From Eledone cirrhosa (taxonomy: Eukaryota), in NCBI GenBank assembly GCA_964016885.1, contig OZ024740.1, positions 183,830,001-183,894,000 of the forward strand: DNA of 64,000 nt. The letters run 5' to 3'. Below, in pieces: positions 46,451 through 59,649 of this stretch; positions within the stretch are counted from its first letter, which is position 1; each line of letters begins with the position of its first letter. The notes below the pieces were generated by a model that worked only from the letters and a program-made list of their open reading frames with translations, ran no database searches and had not been told where the DNA came from. A program made the translations under genes and the position numbers.

Positions 46451-47907
46451 ATTGATTTGACGTCCGCGGTGTTGAAGTGTCACACAGTAGTTAGTCTGTC
46501 GACAAATAGAACTTGTCTTCTGTAAATAACGTATCATGTTATCGAGTGAGTTATATTAATTTCTGCGATTTCCTTCAACATTTCGATATATATGGATCTA
46601 TTCAAGAAGTGCCTTTGGTTAAGGTGTAGAATTTACCCCTGAATATATATCTCTTTTCACTTCAATTGCTCCAATATAGTCAGCTGAAAATGTGTGCCAG
46701 CAATAGATGGGGGTTTCACCCAGTAATTGATTGGCTTCCTGTCAATGGGGGGGGGGGGGGGATACTCTCAGTCAAGCTATGGAAACTGACTCGAGATATA
46801 CTTTAGTCATAGGCACAGGTTTTTGGCATACTCCGTCACTTATAGGCTAATGCAATGATTGGGGTGTTCAATTAATCGAACAAATAGAATTTTGCCGTCG
46901 AAACCGACAGAGATTTCATTGGTGATGAGAATATCTTGACATGGAGTAATTGGACATTTGGTTTAGTGAGAGAATATTGTATTTGTCTAACTTCATTAAT
47001 ACAACAACAACGACAATTACAGGACTATCTGTAATATTTGTAATTGGAAAGAGGATATCTTCTATATTCAATAAAATAAATTAAATTCTATTCATATATA
47101 AATCAGAAGGTAAATACAAAGCTACTTAACTATGCTCTGTTTGAGAAAAATAAATTTATTCATTAGATTGTTTTTAACAGGCTCTAATATTGAAGTAAAA
47201 CACTTTCCTGTTAAAGATTATTGCTTGTTCATTTTTGTTTGTTTGTAAGTGGTTTTCACTTACCTCCTTATTTATATGCAGACATGATAATACTTCAAGT
47301 AAATTACCAGATTAAGTTGTAGTCATTTTACATAGAATATAATAGAATATGTCGTATGTTGTGTGGAGAGAGTTATGATTAATTCATTTTGAATAGCAGT
47401 AGCGCAACATACACCAACATCATAACATTATGTAGTTTAACCTGCCTGTCAGTAAGACTGTTTTGATACGTGCAGTTAGGAAAATATTAATTTGAACCAA
47501 AATACTCATGCTACTAACCCACAGTTGCCATAAACTATTCTTAAAAAAAGACATTATATTTACATACATATATCCACGTTAGAACGTCGTATTGAATGCT
47601 TTGTAGTATTCGTTTCAGCTCTCTGTTGTCAACTTTGCCTTTCATCAATTCAAGGCCGATAAAAAATACCAGTCTAGTACTGGGTCGATTCTTCCTCTAT
47701 ATATCTTTCTCACTTCCATTCTCTCACTCTGTAACCTACTCTGGAAGAAATCTACTGTATTCAGACCTGAAGAGGAGTGGGCTCCACCAGGTTCAGAAAA
47801 GGCCCTAGAAACAATGTATGTCACTCTACGCCGCTCCGCCTCTACCAGGATATACGGAACAAAGAAGTCATGTGTCAACAGATTGTTATTAGTAATATTA
47901 TGAACAT

Positions 47908-48100
47908 GGCACGTGGCCTAGTGGTGAGGGCGTTGGAATTCCAATCATAATGTAATGGGTTCGATCCTGGATTTGGTTGTGTGTAGAGTTCTTGAGTAAA
48001 CGATTTTATTTCACTTTGCTCCAGTATACTCTGCTAAACATGATTACGAGCAATAGGTGGGAGTTTAACCCCAATATTGATTGACTCCTGTAAATAGGGA
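47908..48100 (+). mobile_element. Degenerate tRNA-derived SINE (second family)
   Basis: A box GTGGCCTAGTGG, B box GGTTCGATCC. Confidence 0.65.
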
Positions 48101-49618
48101 AACTTGTACTCTAACACGTTTCAAACCACTAAGACCAGGATAAGTACCGGCTTGATGATCCTCCGGGCTCGAAACATGTCTTAAGTCTTAGACTTCAAAT
48201 ATATAATGCCAAATTCCCATCAGAAAAAAACAAACAAAAAAAAACAGATGCAATTCATGAACTATAATCAGTTTTTTCTGGAGGCCAAATGATAAGCTAA
48301 GATGAAGAATATAATTCCCAATCCCAAAAGCCTTTGCTCTGAGTAAAGGTAGGTAAGGTATGTTATATTGGTATGCATAAATAAAGCCTTCATGGTAAGT
48401 TCCTCAACTAATTCCCTACCACCAGTGAAGGAAAGAAAGACATATTTCAGACATATTTCAAGCACGCTTGAAATATGTCTGAAAAGGAATAGATTGCTTT
48501 GTCGATAAATAACATATGGAATTGTAAAGGATTGAGTACACCACGTTCTATATAATTAGAGCACTGACAAGAAATATCAAAATTCCATATGATAATTCCA
48601 ATACAATTCAGGGCCTTCTCACTCCTGTTGAAGGAGCTTCTTGTTGATCTCCACCATTTTCCTTTTGATTTTGGTCTTGTCATGTGTGTGACCGTGCTCA
48701 CTACGTTTGCCCAATTACGGGTTGGTGAAGTTATTTAAGCCATAGTTGGGGTGGATGACCGTTAACTCTGAGGATTTCATCCATTCTTTTCACAACTATT
48801 GCGTTTGTGCTGTGGGGGTTCCACTTACCCCACTCACCAAAACAAGCTTTGTTGGTGGAGCTTGTTTACTCGCCGAACACTTGACAGTGAAGCAGATTGT
48901 ACATGGTACCAGTAGCACGCAGAAGCCTGATATAATAATTAGTAAGAATAAATCGGTATATTTTAGCATGCTGCTGTTACCATGTTGTACAATAGCAAAT
49001 ATCTACTGCATGAATCTAAACTGAAGATATAGTTAGGAAGTGAAGACTACCGGGTGGTGTATAACTGTTGTTACGATCTGTTGTACGACGCCAAATAGCT
49101 ATTCTATGATGCTAAACAATAGATATAGTCAGAGAGTGAAGAAGGCCGGATGGTGTATATTCCTCAATGATGGCTACAACGGAACAACAGTACATTTTAC
49201 CACATCTACGCAAACATACGCACCGACAATCATATAAATGCCTACACCTATTTCCGATAGAACGTGACAAAAGCAGTAAGCTAGTAAAAGACCTGTTGAA
49301 ATAGACTAGAATTTACAACAGTCTGCTTTTGATTACATAGTATATTACCTTGGCCTTTAACCTAATGGATTGTCCAAATAAAGATGAAATCTCTTTACAT
49401 TGAATTGATAGATTATGTTATATTGAACTGCATGAATAATACACTATCTGTTTGGTTTTGGTAAATAAACTCACATTTGTGTCGTCATTGTATGAATTCT
49501 TATAAACTACATCATTTTATTGGTAACTAATTCCAGGTACTGTTTCAATTTCTTTAAACATTCGTACTTCATTGTGTATTTATATGTTCAGATGTATGTG
49601 ATTGATTGTAACTTCTTG

Positions 49619-49651
<33 letters not shown>

Positions 49652-49762
49652 GTGTTTGATGCGTTTGTGTGTATTGGTAGTTTTCTTAAATCTAGTTAAA
49701 TCTTAAATTTCTTCGGAGTTGTGTATATATTTTTTATGCAGACGAGGACATGTCTTTGAACA

Positions 49763-49804
<42 letters not shown>

Positions 49805-49827
49805 GTGGTTACACAACAGTTAGTTCA

Positions 49828-49877
49828 CCATACCGAGAACAATTGTTTCACCTTAGCGGATCTTCAGCTCGGAATGG
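49828..49877 (-). ncRNA. Type-I hammerhead ribozyme in a 200-bp island between (TA)n tracts
   Basis: CCATTCCGAG CTGAAGA TCC GCTAA GGT GAAA CAATTG TT CTCGGTATGG. Confidence 0.75.
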
Positions 49878-49998
49878 GCATGGTTATAGGAACAGGAAGG
49901 ACAACCGTACGAACGCACATGGGCAGAAACCCGGTAACCTAACTCGTCCTTTGGACTGAGTGCTCTACCACTACGGATAATACCTTCCAGTATTCCAC

Positions 49999-50038
<40 letters not shown>

Positions 50039-50107
50039 TATGAAGAGAGAAGAAACATTTAGATATAATTAGTAATAAAATGTATCATACCTAAACTGCT
50101 CCTAAAT

Positions 50108-50197
50108 TCCTCGACTACGTAGTTTCGTGGCATAAACAAAAACAGTATATCATAAAGATATAGAGTCCCTGCGAGGTCTGCCGACTTATCAAGAGGA
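50108..50197 (-). ncRNA. Hammerhead ribozyme, U3-A8 core variant (inverted arm)
   Basis: Reverse complement of 50401-50490. Confidence 0.7.
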
Positions 50198-50400
50198 TAC
50201 CTCATTTTACTAGTCTCAAGAACGCGTCTACACGGCCTCGATATGAATACCCCCTCCGCCTCCGTGGTATTTTCTTCGTGGTTATAAGAGGCTTAGCTCT
50301 GTTTCTCGACCGTTATATCGCGTGACTATCTCCCCCTCCGCCTTTTGGGATTCTTTCTCACGTCGTGTAGACGCGTTCTTGAGACTAGTAAAATGAGGTA

Positions 50401-50490
50401 TCCTCTTGATAAGTCGGCAGACCTCGCAGGGACTCTATATCTTTATGATATACTGTTTTTGTTTATGCCACGAAACTACGTAGTCGAGGA
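50401..50490 (+). ncRNA. Hammerhead ribozyme, U3-A8 core variant
   Basis: TCCTC TTGATAA GTCGGCA...TGCCAC GAAA CTACGTAG TC GAGGA. Confidence 0.72.
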
Positions 50491-50995
50491 ATTTAGGAGT
50501 AGTTTAGGTATGATACATTTTATTACTAATTATATCTAAATGTTTCTTCTCTCTTCATAATGTATTTTTAACTCTGATACTGGTTCAGTCTAGTTCAACT
50601 GAATTGGTCTGTCCCGGTCATTCATTGAGCAACATCGGTGAAGTTGGCACCCTTAACTCACAGTTGGGTGCGGATGCATTCATGTATATATGTGTATGTC
50701 CGCATGTATCTGTGTGTTTCTAAATATATTGTTAATAACTCCCTCTGGTCGAGCAATCTTTGCAGTGTGGGGACAACTGGAAAGCTTCCATTACTCATAC
50801 TTCTAGCCTTCTTCACCACCTCTTCTGCGGCCTCGATATGAATACCCCCTCCGCCTCCGTGGTATTTTCTTCGTGGTTATAAGAGGCTTAGCTCTGTTTC
50901 TCGACCGTTATATCGCGTGACTATCTCCCCCTCCGCCTTTTGGGACTCTTTCTCACGTCGTGTAGACGCGTTCTTGAGACTAGTAAAATGAGGTA

Positions 50996-51085
50996 TCCTC
51001 TTGATAAGTCGGCAGACCTCGCAGGGACTCTATATCTTTATGATATACTGTTTTTGTTTATGCCACGAAACTACGTAGTCGAGGA
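50996..51085 (+). ncRNA. Hammerhead ribozyme, U3-A8 core variant
   Basis: Second monomer copy. Confidence 0.72.
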
Positions 51086-51590
51086 ATTTAGGAGCAGTTT
51101 AGGTATGATACATTTTATTACTAATTATATCTAAATGTTTCTTCTCTCTTCATAATGTATTTTTAACTCTGATACTGGTTCAGTCTAGTTCAACTGAATT
51201 GGTCTGTCCCGGTCATTCATTGAGCAACATCGGTGAAGTTGGCACCCTTAACTCACAGTTGGGTGCGGATGCATTCATGTATATATGTGTGTGTCCGCAT
51301 GTATCTGTGTGTTTCTAAATATATTGTTAATAACTCCCTCTGGTCGAGCAATCTTTGCAGTGTGGGGACAACTGGAAAGCTTCCATTACTCATACTTCTA
51401 GCCTTCTTCACCACCTCTTCTGCGGCCTCGATATGAATACCCCCTCCGCCTCCGTGGTATTTTCTTCGTGGTTATAAGAGGCTTAGCTCTGTTTCTCGAC
51501 CGTTATATCGCGTGACTATCTCCCCCTCCGCCTTTTGGGATTCTTTCTCACGTCGTGTAGACGCGTTCTTGAGACTAGTAAAATGAGGTA

Positions 51591-51680
51591 TCCTCTTGAT
51601 AAGTCGGCAGACCTCGCAGGGACTCTATATCTTTATGATATACTGATTTTGTTTATGCCACGAAACTACGTAGTCGAGGA
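51591..51680 (+). ncRNA. Hammerhead ribozyme, U3-A8 core variant
   Basis: Third monomer copy. Confidence 0.72.
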
Positions 51681-51913
51681 ATTTAGGAGCAGTTTAGGTA
51701 TGATACATTTTATTACTAATTATATCTAAATGTTTCTTCTCTCTTCATAATGTATTTTTAACTCTGATACTGGTTCAGTCTAGTTCAACTGAATTGGTCT
51801 GTCCCGGTCATTCATTGAGCAACATCGGTGAAGTTGGCACCCTTAACTCACAGTTGGGTGCGGATGCATTCATGTATATATGTGTGTGTCCGCATGTATC
51901 TGTGTGTTTCTAA

Positions 51914-51954
<41 letters not shown>

Positions 51955-52000
51955 GAATAAGCATCGGTGTCCATGATCGAGAGGGAGCGAGAGTGTTCCC

Positions 52001-52400
52001 TAACCCACATAAAAATGAGAAAACCCATCCCTAGAACCGCCGTGAAAACTGCCAAATGTTGTCAATGACAGTGATGGGGAAAAATGCCTGAGGTGACAGG
52101 GACCAGAGGCTAGATGTCGCGTGAGAGACAATCCATGAGATAAGTGACAATCTTATGAAATATAGAAACGTTTAACGGAGGAGGAGGAGGACAGGAAGAA
52201 ATGTGTTGGCGCATAGAAGGTTGGGAGAAGAAACAATTTATAATTTATCTGCTTGTCACCCATCTCGTGGATTGTATTTCAGCTGACAAATGGCCGCTGA
52301 TCTCTGAATTCTGAGGCATTTCTGTCCATCGCTGTCATTGACAGCGTTTGGCTATGTTAACGGCTGTTCTAGCGATACATTCTCTAATTTTTATATGGGT

Positions 52401-52402
<2 letters not shown>
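52001..52402. mobile_element. Old MITE-like element with ~90 bp degenerate terminal inverted repeats
   Basis: aacccacataaaaat...tgtcaatgacagtgatgg..aaatgcct (52002-52090) is the reverse complement of aggcattt...ccatcgctgtcattgaca...atttttatatgggtt (52314-52401). Confidence 0.65.
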
Positions 52403-52434
<32 letters not shown>

Positions 52435-52999
52435 ATATACATGAAATTTGTAGAATCTGGAAGTAAATCGAGCTATATCAAAACATGTACTCGTTATTTT
52501 AGTTGAATATAAGCATATTCATGTTGTAATAGAAATAAAATCTACATGACTAAAACTGTTTCATTATTAAGAAATCATCACTTCATCCAAAGTTGTTTCA
52601 TTAAGTTCTTCCATGATGTTGTCAGTTAAGGAATTAATATCTTCCTTTAGAAGGTTGGGGGCTGGAAGACCACCACCCTCGTTCGCCTCAAACATTGTTG
52701 CAGCCCTAGAATATCTTAGTTCGTCTACGTCAAACTTCATACGTGTGGATCCTTTTTATGGAACTTTTTCAATTGAAGTTTTAGTATTATCAGAACCAAA
52801 TCATGATCACTGCTGACATATGCACCAGGGAAAATCCTAGTCCTGGTTTTATATATATTGGACTTGAAATTTCCAGGTGCGAGGAAGAGTCAATGTTGTT
52901 GCAAGACCAGCCAATGGATGCATGCCATGTTGTTTTCCATGAGGTCTTGTATGGGAACTGTGTGTTGGTTAAGGGCACCTTAAGGGTGCTATAAAATAC

Positions 53000-53960
53000 T
53001 AGTAGGCAGTGTCCATGATCATTTGTCTCTCAATATTCAAAAGAAACCCTACTCTCTCGGCCAATGTGCCAGTCTCCTAAGACGTTGAGGATGCATTTTT
53101 AGGTGCTGTCCTGGCGATTTTCTCCACGTCCTCATAGAACATTTCAACAGCATCATCGTCATAATCAAGAGTTGGTTCATAGACCTCTTCTCACTGAAGG
53201 ATGACCCATTTTGAGCCTGTGATTTGCTGATAACATTGCCCTCTTAGGAATTGTATTAGGAATATATGGAATGGAGATCATCTCGGAAAAGTGCAGCGTT
53301 CTAGTTATTTGTAATAATGAGAATATAGCAACTAATACCATGTTTAACAGAGGAGGACATGTTGAAGATGACACATTCACATACTTGAATCCACTCTGGC
53401 CAAATATGGCAGATCACAAAAAAGATACTAACACAACTCGTCTCGACCACTTCTGCCGTCGTAAAGCTTAATGCCACATAAAAAAGCAACTCTCTCAGTT
53501 TTTCAACGAAGTTCAAACTATACAAATTCTTGGTATTTCAATATTTGTGTATGTGTATGAAAGTTGGACTCTCACTGTTGACATGGAATGAAGAATCCGG
53601 TAATTCGAACACAAGTGCTTCAGAATGTCGTTAATCATCCCTTACACGGTGCACAAAGCAAACAGCTTTTTCAAGCAGCAAGCAGCAAACAGATATGCCG
53701 GCAAACACAAACCTTTCCTTGCGATGGTAAAGACAGAAGCTTGCCAGGTATGGGGATGTATCCCACCACAACTCCTTGTCTAAAACCATTATTTACAGCA
53801 CAGTTGAGGTAGAGCAAAGAAGAGGCAGACAAAGAAAATCATTGTCTAACAACACCAAAGAATAGACTGGTCACAACACCGCGACCCTTTTTCGTATGAT
53901 GTATAATAGAAGACCAATGGGGAGGGCTGACAGCAAAAGCGTCTATAGTTGCACTCAACG
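53000..53960. pseudogene. RTE-clade LINE fragments (EN piece on -, RT C-terminus on +)
   Basis: PTLDYDDDAVEMFYEDVE (-). HVEDDTFTYL, KFKLYK.LV.SI..Y.ESWTL and GRQRKS (+). Confidence 0.7.
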
Positions 53961-54320
53961 ACTGGCTGCGCCAATTGCAGGAACATAACTTGTCATTTCT
54001 AGGTTATAACTACATAAATGTTCAGCATATTTGTACACATGACATATAGGATTAAATGTATGAGTTACTTTGGAAAAATATCTCTTTACAGGACAAATGT
54101 TGGGTTAGAACCCAGCTCTTCATGATTGGAAAGAGTAGGGAATTTTGTAGCAATATAACTGAGCTTATAAATACATTGTTTGTGTTTGCGCATACATTTT
54201 ACAGAGTGAGTTAGAAACACAAACACACACACACACGCATACACGCAGGCACATCCACACGTGCGCGCATATGTATATATAGAGAGAGAGGGGAGAGAGA
54301 GAGACAGAGTGCAAGTGAGC

Positions 54321-54399
<79 letters not shown>

Positions 54400-55007
54400 C
54401 GCGTATATTATATATACGTTTACATTTTCATTCTGTTAGAGGCAACATATTCTTTTTTAAATATAGGATCTTGAAATATTTACCAATATTGGCATGCAGG
54501 AAATGAGCACTGGCAAGACTACTGAAAGAAATAGAAATAGAAATAGACTCAGCAAAAATTCGTGAAAAATAAACACACCATATAATTGCAAATGCATGCT
54601 TGAATGTAAAAGTTCGTCGCTTTATAGGGGAATGCTGAGAAGAAAAATGCTGGAATGAAAGAACATTATTGAACCATTTAAAATCAGTACGTGGTATCAG
54701 GGTTGGAAAATCTCTGATAAATAAGAGATCCATTAAGCTACGAACATGTATAAATTTGTTGTGCTTATCTAATGCATTATATTTTCTTCCTGTGGCAAAA
54801 TACCACGATTTTTAAAAGGTTATAGTAGTTAATTAACATGGACCAATGACAACTAAGATATTTAATTTTATTGACACCACCGTGATAAAAATAAAAAGTC
54901 AAAATTCTTGATATCGTAGCCCGGGACATAATGTAACAAGATATAACAACGCTATGGCATCAACCTGATATATAACCATATAAATATAATCGATATAGAA
55001 AAAGAGG

Positions 55008-55104
55008 CAGGACCCTTTGAGCTGAGCTCCGGTCGTTTCGACAGCTATATCAGAACGTTCGGATCTAGCTGTCGAAACGGCCGGTGCTCAGCCGCGGGAT
55101 CCTG
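55008..55104. repeat. ~97 bp imperfect GC-rich palindrome
   Basis: gctgagctccggtcgtttcgacagcta...tagctgtcgaaacggccggtgctcagc; the arm is homologous to 3908-3955. Confidence 0.8.
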
Positions 55105-55188
55105 ACTGTTTTCCTATTTCCCACTGTATTACCCTAAGTATTGAGTCCGCTGGTGCGTTATGGTTTTACCATACCCTCTTTGTTATAT

Positions 55189-55396
<208 letters not shown>

Positions 55397-55799
55397 CAAC
55401 TAGAAATTGATTAACATATAGATAAACATATGAAACAATCACAGGGGATAATTTTTACAAGTGTGTAAGCACACGTAGCTAGGTAGGTAACTAAATAAAG
55501 TTAACTATAACTCAAAAATAGATACCTTATAATATGATTAATCTTCCCTGTATATATTCCATTAAATAAATATATTTCACCAATTAATCGAATGGTAAAC
55601 CACGGAGGCCGATACTTGGAGTTTCAACAAGGAAGAAGTCCAGCGATCTGTGTTTATGCATTAAGTTCAAATCAGCGACTGACAGAAACACGTGCTGTAT
55701 CTACTAAAAATACACACATCATACCAGCTGTATATGTTATATATATATATATATATAATGTGATAGTTTGCTTGAAGCATTGTATATAATATGTAATGA

Positions 55800-56515
55800 A
55801 ATGTAGAAGTAAGTTACCTGGTAATCTTCGTTTTATTTTGTTGTTATTGTTCTTGCACTTTTATGTGTCCAATATTTCGGGACCTAAAAGTCCCTTCATT
55901 GGGGTTCAAGGAACTTTCAGTGCATAATGTTCCAATTTGCTCTCTTTGGAATAACACCTTGATTTTGATTTATATGTTTTCTAAGTCGTTTTCCAGCGTT
56001 TTTTATTATGGTTATTTCGCTTTCCACGTGAATGATGTCAATTGCCAATATAGTATTTCGCGAAATAAATTTCTTTTTGTATGAGATGTTTAGTTTGTGT
56101 TCCTGTGGTTGTGTCTTTTTATGTCAAGTACTGTATGCAGATTTCTAATCTATTATTTATTTGCCGCTTGAATCTACGTATTAGCAAGTCTTTCTTAGTT
56201 CTTAACTTACCAACATTTCTATCACTGGCTTTAATGTTAACGGTAATATGTTGGTTGATGTTTCCACATTTGTCAGTGTGTATTTTGAATGAGGATGCGC
56301 GTGTGTTGAGATGTTCTTTAATGCTAGTGTGGAGTGCTCGAGTCACGCTGCCAATGTAGACCTCCTAACATTTGTTGCATTCAATCTCGAATACCACATG
56401 TGTCCGCTGGCACATACCTGTATCGGGGATAGAATACTTAGTCAGCGAGCGTTTATTGTTGTTGTCTCTAAAAGTTCCTTAAACCATGATGAAGGGACTT
56501 TTAGGTCTTGAAAGA
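55800..56515 (-). mobile_element. Old 5'-truncated PLE (third family): GIY-YIG remnant 56119-56420 flanked by decayed HHRs in inverted orientation
   Basis: CQRTHVVFEIECNKC*EVYIGSVTRALHTSIKEH..IN. ATGAAGGGACTTTTAGGTC(C/T)(C/T)GAAA at 55875-55899(-) and 56489-56513(+). Confidence 0.75.
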
Positions 56516-56525
56516 GAGGACAGAT

Positions 56526-56561
<36 letters not shown>

Positions 56562-56685
56562 GAACGTAACAAAGATTACCAGGTATGCTACTTTTACTTT
56601 TCATTACCTCATCTTACAGTCCATTTTGCATTGTTTAGCCATCTATCTCTTTCAACGTTATATATTATATACAATGCTTCAAACA

Positions 56686-56716
<31 letters not shown>

Positions 56717-57751
56717 CGTGTGTATGTGTGAGTGTGTGTGTGTGCTTAACTATCAGTACTTGGATGTATTATAAACAATGGCTAACTGCTGTAGACACAA
56801 TCTCTAATATATATTTTTTTATACATAAATACAATTTCATTTCAAATTCTGAGATGAAGAATTATAATTTTTATTCGGTTTAATGACCTATAATGGTCAG
56901 GATATTGGGGCCGAATCTTTGTGACGAATCCCACAAACATGAACGTACTAGTGTAAATAAATTAGTGCATAATAGATATGATAAAATGTTTTCACTTCTC
57001 TAGTCTGTTCTCTCGTAATCCATATGTAAAATAAAACCAAATTATTTTCAACTTCAAATAAGACAGGTGATGATTTTAACACTCTCTGGAAAGGAGTATA
57101 GGGACATATTAAGCAATCTTTAGATCTAACATCGTGAACAAATATTAATCCCTGCACTAATATCTGTGTAAACGCACGACACAATTATATAATATATAAT
57201 ATTGAGCGCTTATATTAGTAAAATTTCGCATGTGCAACTGAAAGATTGATGCAAAACCAATCGAATTAGATGCAATATATAACTGGTACATATTTTATTG
57301 CATCCAGAGTGATGAAAGAAAATATTAACTTTAGTATATTTTGAAGAAACATATGGAAAGAAACGATTTATAATAGAGATTTCTTATAGTATGAAACATA
57401 CAAGTTTTGTGTAGTTAGTACGATGTATACTGGACACATTTAGAGAAATATCTTTATATCTCTAATTTGTCTGTAGCTAGCAAGAAGGAAATTGATCTGA
57501 CAGGTTTAGATCCCAGATAGGAACCATAAAGGGCTGTACACTCACCTAAATTTAGATAAATCTAATTGAACTCTGTCAGCAAAGTAGAAGTGATGGAAAT
57601 CGGAATTACCAATCTATTACAGACTATATTTGTAGTGACTGTATAAAAGTTTTAAATTAAGGAAAATGAGAAGGCTAAAACGCAGTCTAATTAATACAAC
57701 GCACACACTCTCACATGTATTTTACGACTATAGACATATACACATTCGCAC

Positions 57752-57824
<73 letters not shown>

Positions 57825-57878
57825 GATATGAATACATATATGAACGTGAATATATATATACACATATCCATATACAAT

Positions 57879-57921
<43 letters not shown>

Positions 57922-58759
57922 GCATATATATTATATATATAATATAAAAGGTCTCATAAAAAAAATTAAGCGACACAGTTATAAAAAAATAATAATTAAA
58001 ACCCACGCCAGAAAAGCACACACACATACAAACTAAAAACGTAAAAACTTTAAATATCAGCAAAATAATTAAAGAGACAAAAGAAAAGTATTTAGTCTAA
58101 ATATTACTGAATACAAGAAAAAATAAAAGGAAAAATTAATTGAATTTACAACGAATGAAAATGATAAATTGCAATTATGAAAAATTACACATGTTTGTTT
58201 TTTATATGAATGATGTGAAAATAGCTTCATATTCTGACTACCCTGCCACTATTGTATGGTTTACTTTCTGAACATAATTCAATTTCATAAACTATATATT
58301 GATTAGACACATATGTACACAGGTACACAGACACACCAACATATACACATACAGATTCATTTTATATTGAGCCAAGGAAGGAAACACTACGTACTTGTTC
58401 GCACGTCTAAACATAGCATTCAAATATCTCTGACGTCCCTTCAATAAATTCTCAATTACCTTTGCACGAAAAGAATGATAAGTTGGTAATGTTTTAGTCG
58501 ATTACATTGAAACACTTCGCCCGTGACTGGCGCGAATAAGACACTAAAACTACAATATAGTGAGAGGTACGGAAAAGAATATTATCGCATCGTCCTTCAC
58601 ACGGGTTAACAAGAGACGCGTTCAGGAGTTAGGTAGAGGAGTTTGCTCGAAAAGTATATTGCAGTCTCCATTTAATGTCACAAAAACTGATGATCGGTCT
58701 GCGACATATCCTGGGAGGCGTGGGATGGACATACATAGAAGGTTCGCTAGGGAACAAAT

Positions 58760-59370
58760 CATGGCAATTGGTACCTGGAACAGTACACACCTTACAGGTA
58801 AGGAGCAGCAACTAGTGGATGAGGCTTAATATAATCATGATTTCCTCAACAAAGTTCATTGGTTCTGGTTCTGTAGATTTGAAAGAAGGATGGAAACTTC
58901 ACTATTTAGATGTGGCGACAGGAATGACTTTACAGACGGGAGTCGGGATAATCACAAGCCCCAGGCTGTCAGAATTGTGAAATGGAATACAGATTCTTCC
59001 TTGGGGAAGGCACTGCTGCATTGGATGTATTTAGGACTAAATGATATATTCTGATGGGAAAATGTAATACGCATATTGTCACTGACCACCTGCCACGGAA
59101 AGGAATGATTGGAAAGAATAGTGACCCCGATCTAAATAAGAATGGAGAGGTCTCATTAGACTTCTGTTCAAGCAATAGATACTTTATTATGAACACTTTA
59201 TTCCAGAGACATCCATAAATATACATGATATGAGGGGAATCATGGACAGTGATCAATAATTGATTTTTATTGTCTCTGATATCTTCGATTCTGTGCTGGA
59301 TGTTCATATTGAAAGAGGGGCTAAGCTGTCAAGTGATCACCATCTAGCTATCTACATCTTGAAATTATCT
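58760..59370 (+). pseudogene. Degraded RTE-clade APE endonuclease fragment
   Basis: IGTWN..LTGKEQQLVDEA, GVGIITSP, ILMG..N.H, N.NG..LDFC, SSDHHL. Confidence 0.8.
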
Positions 59371-59463
59371 TAAGCTGATATTCAAAGAGACTCATATTCA
59401 AAAGCAGCCTTAACAAAATAACTAAAAGGAATTTTCTCAATATATGCTGTCATTATTTGAATT

Positions 59464-59649
59464 GGCGGTGGATTGGCAGTATCGGTAAAGGGCCGGACGC
59501 CATGCTGTGACGTATAGAGTTACGGCCCTTGCCATTCTGAGTTCAAATCCCGCCGAGGTTAACTTTGCATTTAATCCTTACGGGGTCGATAAAAGAAAGT
59601 ACCAGTAATGCACTGGGTACTTGCTGGCCTTGTGCCAAACGTAGAAACA
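59464..59649 (+). mobile_element. tRNA-derived SINE with 12 bp TSD ATTATTTGAATT
   Basis: Close match to 21270-21453; TSD at 59452-59463 / 59650-59661. Confidence 0.9.

Larger units (their letters stand above)
50033..51920. mobile_element. Retrozyme-like array: 595-nt monomer x2.8 (50233-51920) plus inverted arm (50033-50234)
   Basis: Exact 595 period (50233/50828/51423), near-identical units, (TA)n on both sides. Confidence 0.88.

Noticed and set aside
50345-52034. Triplicated 64-aa and 67-aa ORFs
   Set aside because: They use non-ATG starts, have no recognisable domain, overlap the ribozyme, and simply follow the 595-bp repeat.
56508-56587. Poly-Q/T exon ending in CAG|GTATGC
   Set aside because: A (CAA)n microsatellite abutting a PLE arm; no acceptor or homology support.
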